In this document: positions 25,688 to 38,329 of the stretch, piece after piece
Layout: each line of letters begins with the position of its first letter
How positions within the stretch are numbered: position 1 is the stretch's first letter
Assembly: GCA_010093605.1 (NCBI GenBank)
Contig: MU004193.1
Span: forward strand, 186,001 to 250,000
Source: Lophium mytilinum
Lineage: Eukaryota
DNA: 64,000 bases
Direction of reading: 5' to 3'
Program-made: the position numbers and the translations under genes
The notes under the pieces: model-generated
Told to the model about the DNA's origin: nothing
The model's input: only the letters and a program-made list of their open reading frames with translations
The model's database searches: none

Positions 25688-28523
25688 TCAAGCTTCGTCG
25701 CAAAGTCTTGCTTGACCACCCCCAGCGCGGACATGGGACTCAGAAAGCCGTCCTGGGGCAGATACAGATCGCTGTAGCGTTCCTTGAACAAGCCCCTCTT
25801 CCTCGACTGGTTGAGATTGTGTCGATCCTTGACCAATCGCAGTCTGGTGGGAGAGAGCCGGCTGCTCATACAAGTGCTTCGGCACAAGGTCATCTCCGCC
25901 ATACAGTGGAGAAAGAGCTTCTAACTTCCACAGATCGTTTCCATAATCCGTACGCCCATCATAGCTGAAGCCACGAAGCGAGCGAATTTCCTTATCCCCG
26001 TCTCCACGCTTGCAAACATCCTGTATGAGATTGAAGACAACATTCAAAAGCGGCGCCGAGCGGTCTTTCTTGACGTTTTTAGAGCTCTTTCCGAAGGTAG
26101 TGTTCTCTGTTCGTCCTGTCTGCGACAAGATGAAAAATGTAGTCTCGCCAGGATGGCCCCCAGGGTAGGTACCGCCGACAGCCGGAGCCTCCCCAAACGC
26201 GCGAAAGATTCCCTCGCAGGTGCGGTGCATGGAGAGCCAGTCGAAGCAAAAGTCAGCCGCCTCGTAGGAAAGCCCGCAACGCAGCCAGACGCAGGCAGCG
26301 AAGTCGGACAGAGAGGGCGTGTTCTGCCACTGCTTCCTGGACGGTATTGGCTTGTGCCGGCTGTGAGTCTGCGTGGCCATGTGTTTCCACACCTGGTCGT
26401 CCCTGAACATCTCTCGAAGCTTTGCCGTGTCGCGATCGACATTGTCCCAATTGCCTCCGGCGCGTTCGTTGAGAATGCCGAAGAACAGGCTCTGGCCCTT
26501 GGCGAGGCGCCGGACTTTCTGGAGTTTGAAGCTGGTGTTGCGCCGACCCTTCGCAGTCCCGTTTGCAGGCATACCAATCATGAAAAGGAACTTTGTTTCT
26601 GAGTCCTGCAAGGTCTTGGGCCATCCGCCGAAGAACAGATACTCTGGGGTCTGACGGGCAATGAGAAGCTCCATGTCAGGCCACTTTGGACTCTCAGGGT
26701 GAAGGATCCTACACGCCGCGTACAAGTGGGCCATGCTCATCACGTGCATCTGTTCGCCCGCCATGTAATGGCCTTTGTGGTGGCGTTGCATGAGCACGTA
26801 GTACTTCAAGAGCCCGCAGCGTAGTGGGTTGGAGCGGAGGTAATAGTGTTCCGTACTTGGGTCTAATCCTGAATTGACTTCGCCCGGTAGAACGGAAGGT
26901 AGCCCTTTCTCGACACCGAACCTGTCCTCCAAAACGTAGGCGCGAAACCAATTTATATTGGCGTTCAGAGCATCAAGCTCTTTAGATTTCTTCTTCTGGT
27001 AAGTGCCCGATTCTTCGAAGTACGTTGTATGACCCTCGTGCCACGTCAGAGCTTGACGAACGGTATCCTGGATATCGTCCAAGTGTTGGCGTGATTCGTG
27101 CCCGAGAATTTCTTGGATGTCGACGAACATTTGGGCAGCAAACGTGAGCCAGATTGGAACTTCCCTATTAAGTAGGAGATGCCGCATGCCGTAGCTGAAC
27201 TCGTCTTCGGCAAATCTGCACGGAGAGGTGCCAGCAATCTTGCAAAACTCAGGGAGAAATTCCGCTAGTCGTATGATGCGAGGATCTTCTCCAGCGTCCC
27301 GGAGCAACCAAGCGTATCCTGCGGGAATAGAGAATCTTCCTCGAGGTTCATTCTCTGACGGCACATAGTTCTTCAAGAGTGTGTAGACCTTGAACATTGT
27401 AATCTCTTCCAACCTCACAGGCTTTGAGGGATCGCCTTGGAAATCTGAAGGTAAAATGATATGATCTTTGGGGAGATCCGCACGGTTGCGCAGATTCTCG
27501 AAGAATAGAACACACGGTAAGCACCAAGTTGGGTACTTCGACAATGGGTAATCCTTTGGCCGTGTGATGCTATTTTCAAACTCTCGCTCCGATAAACGCA
27601 CGAGGGCAACAGCAGTATTTGTCGTAATCGCAGCGATGAGCAATTCTCCGAAGCCTGCTTTGTAGTTTTTCCATCCACGGCCGAGATAGGTTCGTAGCTC
27701 TTTTAGACCGGCTAGAAAGCATTGGATAGCAAACAGAAACTCGGCTTTGACCTCTTCTTCGTCTCGTTCAATTTGAGCGCGCGGCATTGGGGACTCAGTA
27801 GAACTAGAGGCCGCATCTATTCCCTTTTCGGTGGTATTGTCGGAGTCGGAGTGCTCGATCGTGTCTTCCACGGTTAGGTTCTCGAACATAGTGGACGTTG
27901 TTTGGGCGGATGGGGTCGCTTTCGTGGGTCCCGATGTCGTATCCGTATATTTTGATGTGGCTACTAGAGGAAGAAGCAGTCGGAAAGTTTCCTAGAGTGG
28001 ACGTCAAAGGAGCTCATAACCCAGAAGAATGCAGAACAAAGGGTTTGTTCGTACCCACCTCAAGGATACTAATGAAGTACATATGCTTGCGGTTACTATC
28101 CTTTTCTTGCTCGGAATGCTGGCCGAACCAATCTGCGCACTTGCGTCGGGCAGTGATTGCTCTGGAGAACAGCCGACGTAGGATTGCTGGAATCGAGGGC
28201 TTTTTTGAGGCTATGATCTGCGCCATAGGAATGAAGTCGGAGACTTTGATCTTGTATTGCGCGGCGGCGCTGTCGTGATCCTCGTGAGTGCTCTGCTTGG
28301 CTGCTTCTCGCGCGAGCTTTCGAGTTTTTCCTTTCAATCGCGTGCTAGTAGCAGGATGCTGCCCTTCACTGGGTCCTTCGCTCAGCATTTCGGTGGCATA
28401 TCCACACTTCTTAGATGTCTCTGCCAGCCAACCCCCGATCTTCTCGGTGTCTGATTTGTACTGCGTGTACATGTGGAAGAGATTTTGTGGGGTTGTCGGG
28501 GCAGTCTTTGTCTGGGAAGCCAT
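25688..28523 (-). CDS. DUF6604-domain protein, 2 exons
   Basis: N-terminal YTQYKSDTEKIGGWL, LKGKTRKLARE, RAITARRKCADWF, HMYFISILE|ETFRLLLP joined across intron ~27993-28059 into the 733-aa ORF (NPLRCGL, WPDME). Confidence 0.75.
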
Positions 28524-29399
28524 GGTGAAAACTACTGACTATACCTGCGTACTTTCGGTGATGCAAATTGTACGGAACTTACTCGTTGCCCCTGCCAATG
28601 CCTTGCCAGGCTACCTCAAGTGGTGGCGATGGGAGTGCGTACCTAGGTAGACTTCGTGTGTCGACGGTTTCTGGTGGTTTGTATTTCCAGACTAGGAGGA
28701 AAAGATATGGTCGAGGTTATTTAAGTATGTATCGATAAGGCTATAAGTTCGTCTTGCGGCAACAGATTCACTCACCACTAGGGTTGGGTCACGTGCACTA
28801 CAAACGCTATCCCAGCACGTCTTACCAGCTAGATCGGCGAAGTTCTCTCCTCGACGTGGACCCGAAGCGGAAAGTGGGTATTTGAAGAGGCATCCATCAT
28901 CCATGATACTGACTGAAAGGCGTCGGAATTTACTCTCTAGACAATGCTCAATGAGAGAGGGCGAAGAAATGTAAAGCGATAGCGGATACCGTTATTGACC
29001 AAAGAAAAGAAGAACCTACCGCAAGGAACGAGGTACCAAGTCCATGACCTACCTACGTGCTACCTACACGCAATGCTTGCTTAAAGCAGAATGACCTCGG
29101 GAAGCAACTCTCGCCAAGGACTCGATTGTTTCCCGCTAGTCTCATGTCCCCGTGCTTCAAGATCGCTTGCTATCACACAGACTCGGCATTTTCTCCTGAA
29201 CAGAGGCTGACAATCTGAAGCAACAGTCAAGAGGAACTTGAGAAGAGATCCGGAAGTCATGTGCCCCGGGATCTCGGGAAGCCGGGCGTCTCAGCAGCCC
29301 GAGCCGAGTGCACATCACTCTCCGCATAAAAGAAGTACAATCTCCACATGATACCCCAGAAACACCACAACACTAGTTCCTTTACCCCACATTCTTACT

Positions 29400-30488
29400 A
29401 TGGACACCATCCAAACCGTCGAGCTGACCCTCGACGTCACCGCAGCCGCGAACTTGAACGAACCCGCTCATCAAGCTGCCACGGTCGTTCTCCCACCAGC
29501 ATCCAAGCTGCCCACAACGCCGATAGTCTGCTTCGCTCGACCTGGCGTTCAGTACAACCGCTTATACTACACGCACGACCTTCCCGGTGATGGCCCAGGG
29601 TCAGAAGCGCACTATCACGCCGCCCACGGCTGGATCTTCGTCGCGCTCGACTACCTCGGCGCGGGGGACAGCAGCAACAACGATGGCAGCAAACTCACCT
29701 ACGCTGTCGTCGCACGCGCATTCCTCGCCGCTGAAACCGAGGTCCTGCGTCAGCTAGCGGAAGGCGAGCTGCTGGCCGGCTACCCCAAAGTGACCGATGT
29801 GGTGAAGATAGGCGTGGGGCAGTCCATGGGCGGCGCGCTCACGATCATCCAAACCGGTCGTTATCATTGTTATGATGGCATCGCGATTCTGGGGACTAGT
29901 GCGATCCACACGCATCCGCCTGCGAAGCCTGGAGAGGCGGGCATTGTGGCGCCATGGCTGGCGCGCGACACGGCCCCTGGCGAGCCGCCAGTGGTATTGA
30001 ACCAGAAACGGATGGAGGAGTTCTATTTGAACAAGCCGGAGGGGTTCAAGTCTTCGAAGGCGCTGGCATGGTCTTTCCACTTTGATGATGTGGATTCGGC
30101 GCTGGTTGAGGACGACTTTCAGCGGTACGATCGCGACGTTGGCGACGCGTCGTTCAAGGACCGGGGAGATAAGAAGGTAGTCGTTCCGCCGTGGGGTTGC
30201 TTTAACACGCCGGCGGCGTCAGCGATGGCATCGGTTACCCCGGGAGCTGTTGCGCCTGAGGCGGCTTCTATTACCTGTCCGGTTTTGGTTGCGATGGGTG
30301 AGCGGGACGTGATTGCGGACCCGAAAGGGGAGCCAAGGGCATACTTCTCGGCCGCTGGCGTGGATTTGTATGTGGTTCCAAGAATGGGGCATATGCATAA
30401 CTTTGCGGGGACTAGAGAGCTACTATGGAAGAGGATTGAAACTTGGGCGGAGTGGGTGAGGGAAGTGAAGGAGTGGCAGAAGAAATAA
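29400..30488 (+). CDS. Alpha/beta-fold hydrolase, intronless
   Basis: DYLGAGDS, nucleophile elbow GQSMGG, GERDV (Asp), MGHMHNF (His). Confidence 0.85.
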   Translation: MDTIQTVELTLDVTAAANLNEPAHQAATVVLPPASKLPTTPIVCFARPGVQYNRLYYTHDLPGDGPGSEAHYHAAHGWIFVALDYLGAGDSSNNDGSKLTYAVVARAFLAAETEVLRQLAEGELLAGYPKVTDVVKIGVGQSMGGALTIIQTGRYHCYDGIAILGTSAIHTHPPAKPGEAGIVAPWLARDTAPGEPPVVLNQKRMEEFYLNKPEGFKSSKALAWSFHFDDVDSALVEDDFQRYDRDVGDASFKDRGDKKVVVPPWGCFNTPAASAMASVTPGAVAPEAASITCPVLVAMGERDVIADPKGEPRAYFSAAGVDLYVVPRMGHMHNFAGTRELLWKRIETWAEWVREVKEWQKK

Positions 30489-31161
30489 GCTCGACAACGT
30501 TTCCGCAAGATTTTGAGCGTAGCCATAGGTGATACGTCCTCAGGTTTATATGTGAAGATAGCCGGTGGTTCGAGTGACGAGTCCTCTAACTCCTAGATTT
30601 CGGAACACGCGTAGCCATCGCAAACACTCGCGAATGAGTGTTGAAATCTGCTTCCGACACGGACAAACTAGAAGTTTGTACCCTGAGTGAACGTCAAAAG
30701 TCTGGAAATTCAAGGGATATACAAAGCAGATTAACAGCTAATCTCATTGCCAGAGAGGAAACGTCGAGACACCCTACCATAATCCTTTGACTATGATGCA
30801 GCATGATGCATCCTCATGAACCTCTCGCGGCGGCCGACTGGGAGCTATATCGACCGTGAAATGGAATTCGAAGTCTACATTAGCATGGAGGTTCTCCGAC
30901 GAGAACGGAGAAGAAATTTCAGCAGTGCAAGGCAGGCCCGTGGTTCGAAATGGCTTACATAAGCCTACAACCCAATTGCAAAGAAGAGCGAAGGCCGCAA
31001 GGATAGACCGTGTATTACAACAGCGTACATTAGGATGCCTGTTACTCGATGCTAAGGACGCCATTCCATGCAGAGATGCAGATCGTGACAAGCCCGTGCC
31101 GTGGAGCGAGATGCGAACTTGGATGACGGAAAGGGTCCTCAGACCCACAAACCTCAGTATA

Positions 31162-32929
31162 CTAATCGCCAATAGCACTCTCCCTCACACTGGCCACATC
31201 ATCGTCTCCAGTCCTGCCTCCAAAGTTACTTTCAACATGAACTCCATCGACATCATGAACATGCTTTCGCGGTACCCAAAACATCTGCAGAATTGCGAGG
31301 ACTGCGACTCCCGTACAGCTGAACCAAGCCGCTCCACTTCCACCGCGACTGTATATCAGTCCGACCAACGGTGACGCAATAGTTCGAGCCAGGCATGTCC
31401 CGCTCATCGCCATACCATTGACGCGACCCAAAACCTTCGGACTATGCGCTGCATTTTTCAATAGAATGAGCCCGCACGGAATCATGATGATGCCGAAGAA
31501 GTTTTGTAATATCAAAGCGCCGTAGATGCCGGCAGGCATGACAGATTTTGGTAGAACAGAGATGAATGGCATGACTACGTAGGAGATTGGATAAAGCACG
31601 ATCATTGAGACGAACGAGTACCATACTCCGACTTTCTCGACAAAGGGCGGGAATATAAAACCTTGAATGAGCAGCGCAATAACGCCGTTGACGGCCATGT
31701 ATGCCCCAACGTCGTGAACGGTGTACCCCAGACCACCATAGAGGTCAAGGTGGTCGGGAGCTGTGGTAGGCTTGTCAAGCAGGTAGATTGGTAGCGTGCT
31801 TCCGAAAGCCATCTGGTGGTACGCGACTAGAACCAATGCGAGGGTAAGCATCATGATGGTAAAGTTGTATGGCGAGGGCTCTTTGTCACTGGACGAGGGG
31901 GCGGGTTCCGATTTCTGGGGAACTCGGATGTCGTGGACGGTTCCAAACGAAGAGCGGCGGAGATCGAAGCGCTGGTCGGTGGACAAAGGCATGCCTTCTT
32001 CCATGAATGAGGCACGCTTGCGAACAGCTCGGACGCTAGACACAAGGGATCGGGTCCGACTGACGGAGTCTGATCGCGTTGGAATTGAGACTCTGCGTGA
32101 GGGGCGCCGTAGAGGGGTGCGCTCATCGATTGCAGCGTCATCCTCTTCTGCGTGGGGCTTCTCGGGGTCCCGAGGGTTCGTCTCCTCGAGGAAGAGTATT
32201 CCTTGGAGTATGGCGAGCAAGATGACCACGACCGAGACTAAGTTTGGCAAAAGATACGGGTATCGTCCAAAGAGACCATCCTCGGGAAATACAGAGGGAT
32301 AGAAATGGGCGGGCTGGGCGAGAAAGCCTCCCATAGCTGAGCCGATGATGGAGCCTAGAAACCAGACGAACGGCTGTGTTGCGAACGCTTTGGCTTCAGT
32401 CCCATAACCGTTAGCATCGTTTGGTCCCGTGACCTGTCCAAACATGGTTACTTACGCTCGTGTTCTGGCTTCTTGACCATCTCCCCGACCATGGTTTGCA
32501 TAACGGCGACATTCCCGTTCAGAGCACCGCCGATGAAGCGGGCCAGCAAGGCAACCCAGTACTGCTGGGCAAGGCCGAAGATGAGGCAGGAGAGTGCAAC
32601 TCCTCCCAGGCCGATCAGAACCACGGGCTTTCGTCCATAGCGGTCGGAGATGCCTCCCCAAAACATAGCGGTGAGTGCCTCTGCGACGGCATAGGCGGAG
32701 ACGAGCAGTCCGGCGTAGAAGGACGCGTCGGTGTCATCGCCACCATGCAGGTCTTGCACCATGACATAGGTGTACGCCAAGATGGAGTTGAATGCTATGG
32801 GCTCCGAGAATCGACATATCGCTGCGAGAAGAATTAGCGGTCATCGCCAGAAAGACAGCGTCGCAAAGTACCCAGAATTGTCAGCTGTCTCGTCGGAAAA
32901 GCGTCGGGGTCAGCATCCTGTAGAGACAT
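31162..32929 (-). CDS. MFS transporter (YCR023C/ZIFL-like), multi-exon
   Basis: FPTRQLTIL|AICRFSEPIAFNSILAY, WGGISDRYGRKPV, GALNGNVAV, FGRYPYLLPNL, LEETNP, LGRVNG. Confidence 0.88.
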
Positions 32930-33569
32930 TCTGTAGAGGCGTTGTTGGGGTTGGAAATAGTGTTGAGGTTTTGTTGGAGAGCTTATCGCAGCTGTGCGGG
33001 GTTGCTCGCTCCGTGCTGCCTTCGAACCCTGCAGCCGCGAGAGAAGCGCTGTACCCGCTGCTGTGCCCACTTGCGCCCATCATGTGAGCTAGACGTGCTC
33101 GTCACCTTGCTTTGAAATGGAGATGTCATTTGATGGAATCACTGGAGATGAGATGGAGACGAGATGGAGATGAGATGGAAATGGGACGCGGATGGAGTCG
33201 GGATGGAGTTGAGAGAAGTGGTTTCAGCCTTGTCACTAGCAAAAGCAAACGTCAGGATTCAGCCGCACCGTCACCAAAACGGTCGCCTCCTGGACGACAT
33301 CTCCTCTCCTTCATCTTTCATCCAAGACGAACTGTTCCTCCTCACCATTCATCGACAGGTTACCGTCCAAGCGAGTCTCTAAAATAGAGCACATATCAGT
33401 CATCATGTCATCGCGAAAGGCCATTTCATGAGCTTTTTTGGGATCCCTCAATGCCTAGACCCTGTCCTATCTCTCCATTCACAATTCGAAATACCACGAA
33501 TTTTACCAAATTTCGTCTTAGCCACCAGCAGATCGAGCCTTTTTTCCCCTCTCTAACTTCCAATTCAAC

Positions 33570-35691
33570 ATGCTCTGCGGGCTATGCAACACCATCGATT
33601 TCAAAAAAGCCGACGTCCACCCAGGAGAAACTTGGAGGCTGGGAACTCCCCGCCGTGGTTTCAAACACCACCGCAGCGTTTTAGCGCTCCTTGAATCTGC
33701 AGACAACGGATGCGAGCTATGCGGAATCCTCTGCCGCAGTACCAACCTGACGAAGGAAAAAGCACAAAAGCATGACCGCATTCATCCCGAGTCGCAGATC
33801 TACTGCATCCTGAAGAACAGCTTCATTGGCGACTTTTCCGCTGATGTCAATGGAGATTCGTATCGTGGCCGCTCACGCCTCTCTTTTGAACAAGATTGCG
33901 TCAAGAGCTCGAGAATGACTGAAGCCTTCAAATGCGAATTCAGCATCTGCTGCGACGAGGGTGCGACGATGCCCTTTCATTGCGATCGTTGAGTTCTTCG
34001 CTGATGCTGGGTTTTCAGACTCATTGGCCGCGCGTATGAATATCATAAGCGGTCGTGCTATCGTGCCTGCGGACTCGGACGATGCTATCTCCCTCGTTAA
34101 GCGTTGGATTCAAACATGTCTCCTTGAACATGAGGACAGCTGCCCCCGCGACGATACGCCGGCTTTGCCCACTCGAGTCATCGATGTCGGCGATGCGGCC
34201 TCAAGACAGCCATTTCTGTTCCAAACGGAAGGACGCCGAGCCCCATATATCAGCCTAAGCCACTGCTGGGGCAAATCAAAGTCTCCATTCTTCACCACAA
34301 CTTCCGAAACCCTATCGGCAAGGCAGACTGGACTCGACCCCGATGAGACTCCCCAGACATTCCAAGATGCCATCAAGATTACAAGACGACTTGGCTTCCA
34401 ATACATTTGGATTGATTCGCTATGCATTCTTCAAGACTCGCGCGATGACTGGGCGGCCGAGTCCAGACAAATGCAGAACTATTACAAGAACGCGGTGCTC
34501 AATATCATGGCGGAAGCCGCTGAAAGCGACAAAGAAGGCTTTCTCAACATCGATAATCGAGAACCAATCAGGAAGCAAAGAGTCGAGGATGAAGAAATGG
34601 GGAAAGTCAGGATTCCATTTCATCAGCGCCTCTCAGCCAAGCCTTCCTTCGTTACTCTGCGCAACCCTCCAGGCCGATCCAGACTCGAGCTGAACCTGCC
34701 CACCATATGGCGTGGATGGATCCTCCAAGAGCACGTTTTAGCCCCTCGAGCAATCCACTACATTGGATCACAGATGGTATGGGAGTGCCAGAGGTATAAG
34801 CTATTCGAGGAAGACGCAACACCAGAAATCACCGAATCGGACCTTGACGACTCGCCAAAAAGGTTCTTTCTCGCCGGAAGTGCATCCGGCCATCTCACTA
34901 GCAACCCCAACGTTGAAAACACGAGGCAAAAGGACCCAGAAGAATATGAGGATCCTGATCGGTTCGATCCCTGCTTCCGCTGGTACAAAATCGTAGAAAA
35001 CTTCATGAACCGCAACCTAACGTTTCCCGAGGATCGCTTCCCCGCCATCTCGGGGATTGCCCGCGAGGTCTGCGACCATACTGGATACACGTACAAGGCT
35101 GGGCTGTGGGAGGAAGACATACTCACCGGGCTCTTATGGTGGGCCTACGGCGATGGTGTGCCATCAACACAATACCGTGCCCCATCGTGGAGTTGGGCAT
35201 CCCTAGAGACCCCGGAAGTCGTGCACAATAGCCTTTATTCCACCTTTATGATGACGTTCATCGTAGAGAAGTATCGGAGCGAAGGAGTCGCCAAGCTGGT
35301 CTCTGCTGACGTCGAGACTGTCGATGGGGATCTCTTTGGATGTGTCAAGTCTGCATCTCTTGACATGAGAGGTCACTGGATCCCGGTGACTGATGTCAAC
35401 CATGATCTAAAGCCGGAGCATTTCAACTACGACACGTTGACTGATGGGCTGGTTTACATCACGCTCGACTGTCGACCTGTCGATGGACACGAATTGGATG
35501 TACGCAAGTTGAGTCTTTTCAGGATTGCTCGAGCGAAGAAGATGGGGGATGCGTTCGGCTGGTACGCTTTGATCCTGGAATCTGTCTCTACTGCTGATGG
35601 CACCGAGAGGTATCGGCGTGTTGGCGTGACAGGCATCCCGAATAGCTTCTCCTCGGATGACTGGGCTATCAAAAATGTCATGATCTTGTGA
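33570..35691 (+). CDS. Heterokaryon incompatibility (HET) domain protein, 2 exons
   Basis: MLCGLC..GCELC N-terminus; intron 33961-34018; LPTRVIDV, YISLSHCWG, TFQDAI..TRRLGFQYIWIDSLCILQD, RGWILQE, DRFPAISG, APSWSWAS. Confidence 0.92.
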
Positions 35692-36039
35692 AAAGGATAG
35701 TCGGTACAGCCTATAGTAGCCCACTCTTTCCTAAGTTTCCCCTCTCAATTTCTCTCGTCCTCGCAAAATCAGATCCTCGAGTTCTAAAATGCTGTATTGA
35801 ATCTAGCATTCCGGATTACTAGGCCGCAGTATTCCAACATCTTTTTTGGCGAACGAACTTCTGGTTTCCGAATACCCAAATCGGACTGAAAGTTGGGCTC
35901 CGCTTAGACATGTTGGAAATATAGATTTCCATGCCTCGGCATAAATGCGCTGGGCATATTTTCTATTACCCTTGTTATAAGCATTTACATCTTCTTCAAC
36001 TGCGGTGCAGTCCCTCAAGATCTCCTATCCGAGCGGTCT

Positions 36040-36380
36040 CGATCATGTACATTCAGTACCAGAAACGTGTGAAACACTAGAGTCTTAAAAATTTCCCTGG
36101 GCACTTTTCTGCCAACTTCGAGGGAGGCTCCTATCGCAGACGCTCTCGCCATCTTATTTTGAACACGACTGCGTAAGGGCTCGAGCATGAATGAAGCCTT
36201 CAAGTGCGAATCCAGCACTTATGCGGCGAGTGTATGAGGCTGCCATACCTACAGATTTCCATACCTTGGAGTTCAGTCGGACGGACATTTTGATCTCACG
36301 TGACCTGTCCAGATACAAGCATTACGTTTTGCGCCTCGTTATCACTTTGCTTGAAGTTGTCTACCACTGCGGACGCAATT
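36040..36380 (+). pseudogene. Decayed partial copy of the adjacent HET gene (end of exon 1 and nearby sequence)
   Basis: 36099-36230 aligns by eye with 33828-33960 (GHFSANFEGGSYRRRSR/FEHDCV/GSSMNEAFKCESS versus GDFSADVNGDSYRGRSR/FEQDCV/SSRMTEAFKCEFS) with frameshifts; outer limits approximate. Confidence 0.7.
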
Positions 36381-36515
36381 AATGTATTCTGAAAAGCTGC
36401 ACTAGGCACAAGTCTATACCTCTGACCGGCCTGATATCTTGCTAGGGCATACTGAAGTGGGCTGACAGACCATTTGTCTGGATGTATACCCGTTTGAACT
36501 GAGCTCCACGATGTA

Positions 36516-36617
36516 TTCCCTTAGTCGTCTGCAGCCTTTACATAGGAATGGATGAAGGACATTCCATTCCTTAGTCGTCTGCATCCTTTACACATGGACG
36601 AATGAAGAACATTCCAT
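36516..36617. repeat. 50-bp imperfect tandem duplication
   Basis: CCTTAGTCGTCTGCAKCCTTTACA...ATGAAGRACATTCCAT occurs twice, 50 bp apart. Confidence 0.8.
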
Positions 36618-38329
36618 GATCATGCTAGGAATTGATGATGGCCCGCGTGAACGTGTGATTCACTGTTAGTAGCAGAACACCCCGACTCAGGCGTAAAAGC
36701 TGGATGTGTGCGTGGCTATGCTAGAGTATACGCCGGTGGGGAATTTGTATTAGAAGAAATGGACGCTCCAGGTCACGTGACTTCGATACGTGTATCCTAG
36801 ACCCGACGTGTATAGAGGCCCTCGCCCACCATCTCGAATCAAATCACGGATTACATTCTTCAATTTGTGGCTTTGTCTGATGGATAATGTAGCCCGCGAT
36901 GCCGCCCCGTCCATGGAAAGTCTCGTGCCTGACATGTAAGGCAACGAGGCGGAGCTAGAACTCGGCCTCCGCAACTTCAACATCGAATCTACTACCACGA
37001 CTCGAAAGCTGTTTCCAACCATCCACCCAGTACTCGACGCCAATCCCGCATTTCCCTACTTACAATGGCGTCGCCCAATTAGCATCCTGCGCGGTCAAAC
37101 TCGCGCCCACGTCCGCCGCTCCTCTTCTCCATCACCCAGTGCGGGGGCGTGGCCATGACAGCGACACCTGGCCTGCGCTATAATCCCAATCGGATAAGAA
37201 AACAATTTACGACCGGGACCTCAACGGTAGCGAGACTGTAGAGCTAAGCCGAGCGGGGTTTGCGTATTCGTTTGTCGAGATGATGTCGAATGCGCAGAAG
37301 AGGGTCAAAGGAGCTGCGGATTTGGAGAGGAGGTACGTTCACGTTTGAAGTCCCCTGGGATGGGCCTCTGGTGAATAAGCCTGTGACAACGATACTGACT
37401 CTACATTCCAAGGTTGAACACCTAGGGCTACCCGATGGGACTCCAGTTACCAGCCGTCTCTCTCCGCCCAACCCGCATCCCCCCCCTCATTCAGTTCGTC
37501 ACGCGAAACCTTTTAACGTCGCCCTTTCAACTGGCCTGCTCACACCCGCGAGCGGTCCGAGTCCGATCCCGCGCAATACATGCCCTGCAACAACGAGCTA
37601 CTCGTCAACGCCTATATATTACCGTCAGAAATGCGCCAGTTGGACTGTGCGGCATGTGTGGCCGGCGTGATCCAGGGAGTTTGTGATGGGAGCGCAGTCC
37701 TGACGAGGGCGTGCGTACGCACAGCGTGGGGGCGGAGATGGAGCGGAGAGGGTTATATGGCCTAGTGAGACGGTGTTTTTGACCAGGTTTCAGCCGGGGG
37801 GTCTTAAGAAGGGGGCAATTTCGGAGAGGGGGTTTTAGTGGGAGAAAAGGGGGATTTATGGCATGAATTGGCGAGTCCATGCCGCCTCCCACTGCTTCAG
37901 AATTGGCATCTCAGGCATGAAGAACACTGTCGCACACCGAACCCTTTCGCGAATCACTTGCACGGATTATGAGTAAGACTCTGCCTCGTTGTTATTTATC
38001 AGAAAGCTGATGAAGACCTTAGACCATAAGAAGGCATTAGTCTGTGTCCTTCCCCCTTAATACTGCCTGGTTTGCTCCACCATACTTCCGTTGACGAAGT
38101 CCATATCAATTTGTTATCATGAGCCGCCTGTTAACGATCCAAATCATCTCAGACGCCACCCTATATCACCGAAAACGGGCTGGCCCGCGGGTTCCCGAAA
38201 TGTTTGAAGCAGTGGCTAAAATGTGTGTACAGATCAACCTCATAGCACCGTACCTAATTTTCTCTTAGCCGCCTCCTCGCAACCTTTTACATCTTGCCTA
38301 AAATTACGCCGTCCAGTACGCTGCGATTC

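Noticed and set aside
31162..32929. MFS transporter as a member of the terpene cluster
   Set aside because: Separated from the core by a HET gene and pseudogene debris (>5 kb); cannot be assigned without expression data.
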